Assembly: GCA_964548195.1 (NCBI GenBank)
Contig: CAZJQC010000005.1
Coordinates: 28,054-56,489, forward strand
Length of the DNA: 28,436 bases
Direction of reading: 5' to 3'
Source: an uncultured bacterium
GTDB lineage: Bacteria; Macinerneyibacteriota; Macinerneyibacteria; Macinerneyibacteriales; DSCS01
Part shown: piece by piece, positions 24,550 to 28,436 of the stretch
Numbering within the stretch: position 1 is the first letter of the stretch
Layout of the letters: every line of letters begins with the position of its first letter
Position numbers and translations under genes: made by a program
The notes under the pieces: model-generated
The model's input: only the letters and a program-made list of their open reading frames with translations
Databases searched by the model: none
What the model was told of the DNA's origin: nothing

Positions 24550-25788
24550 ATGGAGAGAAAAACAATTGCCCGCGACGGACAGATAATAAAATTTCAATTT
24601 TACGGATTCTTCAAAAACCTGAGATTTTTCGAGCCTTTTCTCCTTGTATTCCTCTTAAGCAAAGGGCTTGATCTTATAGCAATAGGCTTTCTGGTCTCCA
24701 TACGCGAACTGACGGTATACATACTTGAGGTCCCCACGGGTCTGTACGCAGACCATTTCGGCAAAAAAAGAGCCCTTATGATCTGTTTTTTATCATACAT
24801 GTTCTCTTTCCTGCTTTTTTTCGCAGGCTCCTCATTTGCCGTGTTCGCCGCGGCGATGTTTTTTTTCGGCGCGGGAGAGGCCTTTCGTTCCGGCACCCAT
24901 AAGGCCATGATATACACCTATCTTGAAAGAATGGGCTGGTTCGAGCTTAAGACCCTCGTATACGGCAGGACCCGGGCGTATTCCCTTATAGGGACCGCGG
25001 TCTCTTCGGCGGGGGCGGCGCTTTTTGCTTTCTCCGGCGCCGACCTGCGCTACATATTCTTTCTCACTATAATACCGTATATCATCGACCTTTTTCTTGT
25101 CGCCTCATATCCCGCTTATCTGGATGAGAAGACGGATGAGATAGGGAACGCCGGCGACTTTTTCCGGTCATCCCTCCATGTGTTCGGGGATATGTTCAGG
25201 TCGCCGGCCACCAGAAAGCTGCTTGCCGATTCTTCAGTGTTCGACGCCGTATTCAAATCTTTGAAAGACTACGTGCAGCCCGCTATCCTGCTGCTGTTCG
25301 CGGTCTCCCCCTTACACGGGTCAAGATTCACGGCTCCGGGAGTCATACTGGCCCTTTCCTACACACTTTTTGCCGTTGCAGGCTCATTCGCGGCCTTCCA
25401 TGCGCATCTTCTCACCGGGAAATTCGGCCGCGAAAAAACCGCCGCGCTGCTCATGTTCGCCGCCGGAGCGGCAATGGTGTCGGTATTTCCGGCCTCAGCG
25501 GCCGGAAAAGCATGGCCGCTGATCGCCTGCTACCTGATACTGCATATCACCCATAATGCGAGACGCCCCGTACTGGTGGACATGTTCGGCGACATCGCGA
25601 AAAAGAATGCAAGGGCCACCCTGCTCTCGGTGGACAGCCAGCTCAGGGCATTGCTCACAGCTGCTGCTGCGCCCGCTATCGGGTTCATCGCGGAAAACGT
25701 CTCAATACCCTCCGCTTTCATGGTCCCGGGTCTTATACTGATGGTCTTCTCCATGCTGTCTTTGAATAAAAAAAAGGAGTTTTCATGA
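24550..25788 (+). CDS. MFS transporter
   Basis: Probable start ATG 24550. ILEVPTGLYADHFGKK (motif A-like), GEAFRSGT, RATLLSVDSQ; about 12 TM segments. Confidence 0.93.
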   Translation: MERKTIARDGQIIKFQFYGFFKNLRFFEPFLLVFLLSKGLDLIAIGFLVSIRELTVYILEVPTGLYADHFGKKRALMICFLSYMFSFLLFFAGSSFAVFAAAMFFFGAGEAFRSGTHKAMIYTYLERMGWFELKTLVYGRTRAYSLIGTAVSSAGAALFAFSGADLRYIFFLTIIPYIIDLFLVASYPAYLDEKTDEIGNAGDFFRSSLHVFGDMFRSPATRKLLADSSVFDAVFKSLKDYVQPAILLLFAVSPLHGSRFTAPGVILALSYTLFAVAGSFAAFHAHLLTGKFGREKTAALLMFAAGAAMVSVFPASAAGKAWPLIACYLILHITHNARRPVLVDMFGDIAKKNARATLLSVDSQLRALLTAAAAPAIGFIAENVSIPSAFMVPGLILMVFSMLSLNKKKEFS

Positions 25789-26231
25789 AACGATCAGCCA
25801 TATTCGCAGTTGTCTTTTTCCTGACATCTTCCGCCGTGTTTGCGGCAAAGGATCTCGGTCTTGGCATCATCATAGGTGAACCCACCGGCATTTCCTTCAA
25901 ATACTGGACAGAGAACACCAGGGCGCTGGACGGCGGACTGGCGTGGTCTTTTTCCGGGAACGACCGCTTTCACATACACGGTGATTATCTCTTCCATTCC
26001 ATGAGCGCCTTTGAGATCGACGCTATGATGTTCGATGTATATTACGGCGCCGGTCTAAGGATACTTTTTGACGACGACACCAAAGTCGGGATAAGAGTCC
26101 CGCTGGGAGCTGCCTGGGCTTCCCGCAAGTCGCCTCTTGACATATTTTTCGAGATAGTCCCCATAATGGACGTCATGCCGGACACCAGGCTTGACATAAA
26201 CGCTGGGATAGGCGTCAGATATTATTTTTAA
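25785..26231 (+). CDS. small outer-membrane beta-barrel, DUF3996/BAPKO_0422-like
   Basis: Signal peptide; GLGIIIGEPTGISFKYW, HGDYLFH, GIRVPLG, DIFFEIVP, C-terminal GIGVRYYF. ATGA overlap with the MFS stop; SD AAGGAG. Confidence 0.82.
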   Translation: MKRSAIFAVVFFLTSSAVFAAKDLGLGIIIGEPTGISFKYWTENTRALDGGLAWSFSGNDRFHIHGDYLFHSMSAFEIDAMMFDVYYGAGLRILFDDDTKVGIRVPLGAAWASRKSPLDIFFEIVPIMDVMPDTRLDINAGIGVRYYF

Positions 26232-27886
26232 AAAAGCCCGCTGATATTCCCGTCGTCGTCTATGTCAATGCGCTCCGCGGCCGGGCTCTTGGGAAGCCCC
26301 GGCATGCGCATGATGTCCCCGCTCACCGGCACGAGGAACTCCGGTCCGGAATTGACTATTATGTCGGTTATCTCTATGTCGAACCCCTCGGGCCTGCCGA
26401 GAAGCTTCGGGTTGTCGGAAAGCGAATACTGTGTCTTGGCCATGCATATCGCGTAACGGTCAAAACCGAACTTATAGATCTTCTCAAGCGCGGACTGCGC
26501 CGTGCGTGAATATACGACAGACCGGGCGCCGTATATTTCCCGCGCTATGGTATCGATCTTGTCCTCAACGCGCGCGTCCAGCTCATAAAGGAAACGCAGC
26601 TTGTTTTCTCCGGATTCCGCAGACAGCACCACCTGTTCAGCCAGTTCCACCGCGCCCGCGCCGCCCTCTCCCCACACATCCGCCACCACGATCGGATAAT
26701 GCAGCGCCACGCAGCAACCTTTGATGGCGGCGATCTCCTCGTCCGTATCGGCTGTGAACCTGTTGATGGCGATGATTGGTCTCATACCGAATTTTACGGC
26801 ATTCTCAATATGTTTTTCAAGGTTGATCAGCCCCTTTGCCACGGCGTAAGGGTCAGGTTCTCCAAGCGAGCCTTTGGGCACACCCCCGTGGAGTTTCAAG
26901 GCACGGACGGTGGCAACGAGCACCACTGCCTCGGGATTCAGTCCCGCATATCTGCACTTGATGTCAAAGAACTTCTCTCCGCCGAGATCAAACCCGAAAC
27001 CGGCCTCTGTCACCGTGTAATCCGAGTACGCCATGGCCATCCTTGTCGCCAGAACCGAGTTGGTGCCCTGCGCTATGTTTGCGAACGGCCCGCCGTGTAC
27101 AAAAGCGGGAACGTGCTCAATGGACTGCACAAGGTTCGGCTTCAAAGCCTCTTTCAGCAGCGCCGTCACGGAACCTGATATCTTAAGGTCGTTTACCGTC
27201 ACCGGCATCCTGTCATGGCTGTACCCCACCAATATGTTCCCTATGCGCCTTTTAAGGTCTGAGTAACCGGTGGAAAGGCATAATGTCGCCATCACTTCCG
27301 ATGCGGCTGTAATATCGAAAGAACCCTCCCTTGGGAAACTGCTGGTCGGGCCGCCCAATCCCAGGATGATCTTCCGCAAAGAACGGTCGTTCATATCCAT
27401 TACGCGCGGCCACACCACGCGCCTGGGGTCTATATCCACCGTGCGCTGATGTATGCAGTTGTCGACAACGGCCGCTATGAGATTATGAGCTGCCGTGATG
27501 GCATGAAGATCCCCGGTAAAATGGAGGTTTATATCCTCCATCGGAAGGACCTGCGAATAGCCTCCGCCAGTAGCTCCGCCTTTCACCCCCATGACAGGGC
27601 CGAGCGAGGGTTCTCTCAGGGCGATCGCTGTCTTCTTCCCGATCCTTTTCAATCCCTGGGCAAGCCCGATCGTCACGGTAGTCTTGCCTTCCCCGGCGGC
27701 GGTGGGTGTCAGGGCCGATACAAGCACAAGGCGGCCGGCCGCTTTTCTGCCTTCAAGGGCTCCCAAGGCTATTTTCGCCTTGTTCGCGCCGTACATCTCC
27801 ACAAACTCAGGATCAATACCCGCTTCGGCGGCTATTTCGGACACCGGTTTCAGAAGCGCCTTGCCGGCGATCTCTATATCAGACAT
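26228..27886 (-). CDS. fhs: formate--tetrahydrofolate ligase
   Basis: Probable start MSDIEIA at 27886. TPTAAGEGKTT, KGGATGGGYSQV.PMEDINLHFTGD, HGGPFANIA, EKFFDIKCR, MPGLP, C-terminal ISGLF. Confidence 0.99.
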   Translation of the reverse strand: MSDIEIAGKALLKPVSEIAAEAGIDPEFVEMYGANKAKIALGALEGRKAAGRLVLVSALTPTAAGEGKTTVTIGLAQGLKRIGKKTAIALREPSLGPVMGVKGGATGGGYSQVLPMEDINLHFTGDLHAITAAHNLIAAVVDNCIHQRTVDIDPRRVVWPRVMDMNDRSLRKIILGLGGPTSSFPREGSFDITAASEVMATLCLSTGYSDLKRRIGNILVGYSHDRMPVTVNDLKISGSVTALLKEALKPNLVQSIEHVPAFVHGGPFANIAQGTNSVLATRMAMAYSDYTVTEAGFGFDLGGEKFFDIKCRYAGLNPEAVVLVATVRALKLHGGVPKGSLGEPDPYAVAKGLINLEKHIENAVKFGMRPIIAINRFTADTDEEIAAIKGCCVALHYPIVVADVWGEGGAGAVELAEQVVLSAESGENKLRFLYELDARVEDKIDTIAREIYGARSVVYSRTAQSALEKIYKFGFDRYAICMAKTQYSLSDNPKLLGRPEGFDIEITDIIVNSGPEFLVPVSGDIMRMPGLPKSPAAERIDIDDDGNISGLF

Positions 27887-28436
27887 CCCGCCCCTCCCTG
27901 CCGAAATCAAACAGGACATCAGACAGGTATTTTTTATTATATCTGTCAAAATGTTCGCCTATTACCCCGGCATCGTCATACTGCATGCTCTCCAGCACCA
28001 TCTGTTTGCATTTCTCATATTCAACAGACCTTATGATCTTCTTGATCTCAAGTATATTGCCCGGAGCGACAGAGAGCGTATCCAGGTCCATGCCGATAAG
28101 GAGGAGGGTGAACCGCGACATGCCGGCCATCTGCCCGCACATGGCGACTTCAATGCCCTTGTGATGGCCGTTGTTCACGATCATCTTGATCAGCCTCATG
28201 ATCGCCGGGTGAAAAGGATTGTACAGATAAGATATTTTTTCATTTCCTCTGTCCACCGCGAGCGTGTACTGTATCAGGTCGTTCGTGCCTATGCTGAAAA
28301 AATCCACTTTGCCGGCAAAGACATCGGATATTATCGCCGCGGACGGGACTTCCACCATGATGCCCACCTTGATGTCCTCGTCGAACTCCGTGCCCTTGTC
28401 TCTCAGATCGTCCATGGCCTCTTCAAGCACTGCCCG
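27879..28436 (-). CDS. ptsI: PTS enzyme I, phosphoenolpyruvate-protein phosphotransferase (partial, C-terminal)
   Basis: GIMVEVPSAA, DFFSIGTNDLIQYTLAVDRGNE, YNPFHPA, MCG.MAG. The 5' part lies outside the window, so ptsP or a fusion cannot be excluded. Confidence 0.92.
   Translation of the reverse strand, partial: RAVLEEAMDDLRDKGTEFDEDIKVGIMVEVPSAAIISDVFAGKVDFFSIGTNDLIQYTLAVDRGNEKISYLYNPFHPAIMRLIKMIVNNGHHKGIEVAMCGQMAGMSRFTLLLIGMDLDTLSVAPGNILEIKKIIRSVEYEKCKQMVLESMQYDDAGVIGEHFDRYNKKYLSDVLFDFGREGRDV

Noticed and set aside
26228..27886. fhs as evidence of a Wood-Ljungdahl pathway
   Set aside because: No acs/cdh, folD or metF in the window; fhs alone is widespread in fermenters.
1..28436. CRISPR arrays, tRNA/rRNA genes, transposases or integrases
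   Set aside because: None recognised. Intergenic gaps are short, and none shows regularly spaced repeats or a tRNA-like pattern on manual reading.

Overview
Window from a diderm (outer-membrane) bacterium. It uses canonical sigma70 promoters (TTGACA/TATAAT-like) and strong Shine-Dalgarno sites, so it is unlikely to be a typical Bacteroidia or Flavobacteriia genome, yet it encodes T9SS-type sorting domains. Almost all genes are on the minus strand. Left part (1-9.9 kb): a translationally coupled three-gene cassette of a TonB-dependent receptor, a 1105-aa acidic exported protein with a C-terminal T9SS/FlgD-like domain, and a PorV/PorQ-like beta-barrel. It is followed by a terminator, a new promoter and a second paralogous TonB-dependent receptor that is missing from the ORF track and runs off the window. 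Middle: recA-recX-alaS, then a degenerate foldase-like lipoprotein and a clostripain (C11) peptidase with a T9SS-type CTD. Next is a four-gene operon (TPR-like exported protein, beta-propeller lipoprotein, LytS-type kinase, LytTR regulator) whose promoter carries a well-positioned LytTR-type box. Right: an unknown outer-membrane barrel, a TSUP transporter, homoserine dehydrogenase, a divergent MFS plus DUF3996-like barrel, fhs and the 3' end of ptsI. No rRNA, tRNA, CRISPR array or mobile element was seen. The best candidate for an undescribed system is the TBDR / CTD-protein / PorV-like cassette, which may be a SusD-independent uptake module.
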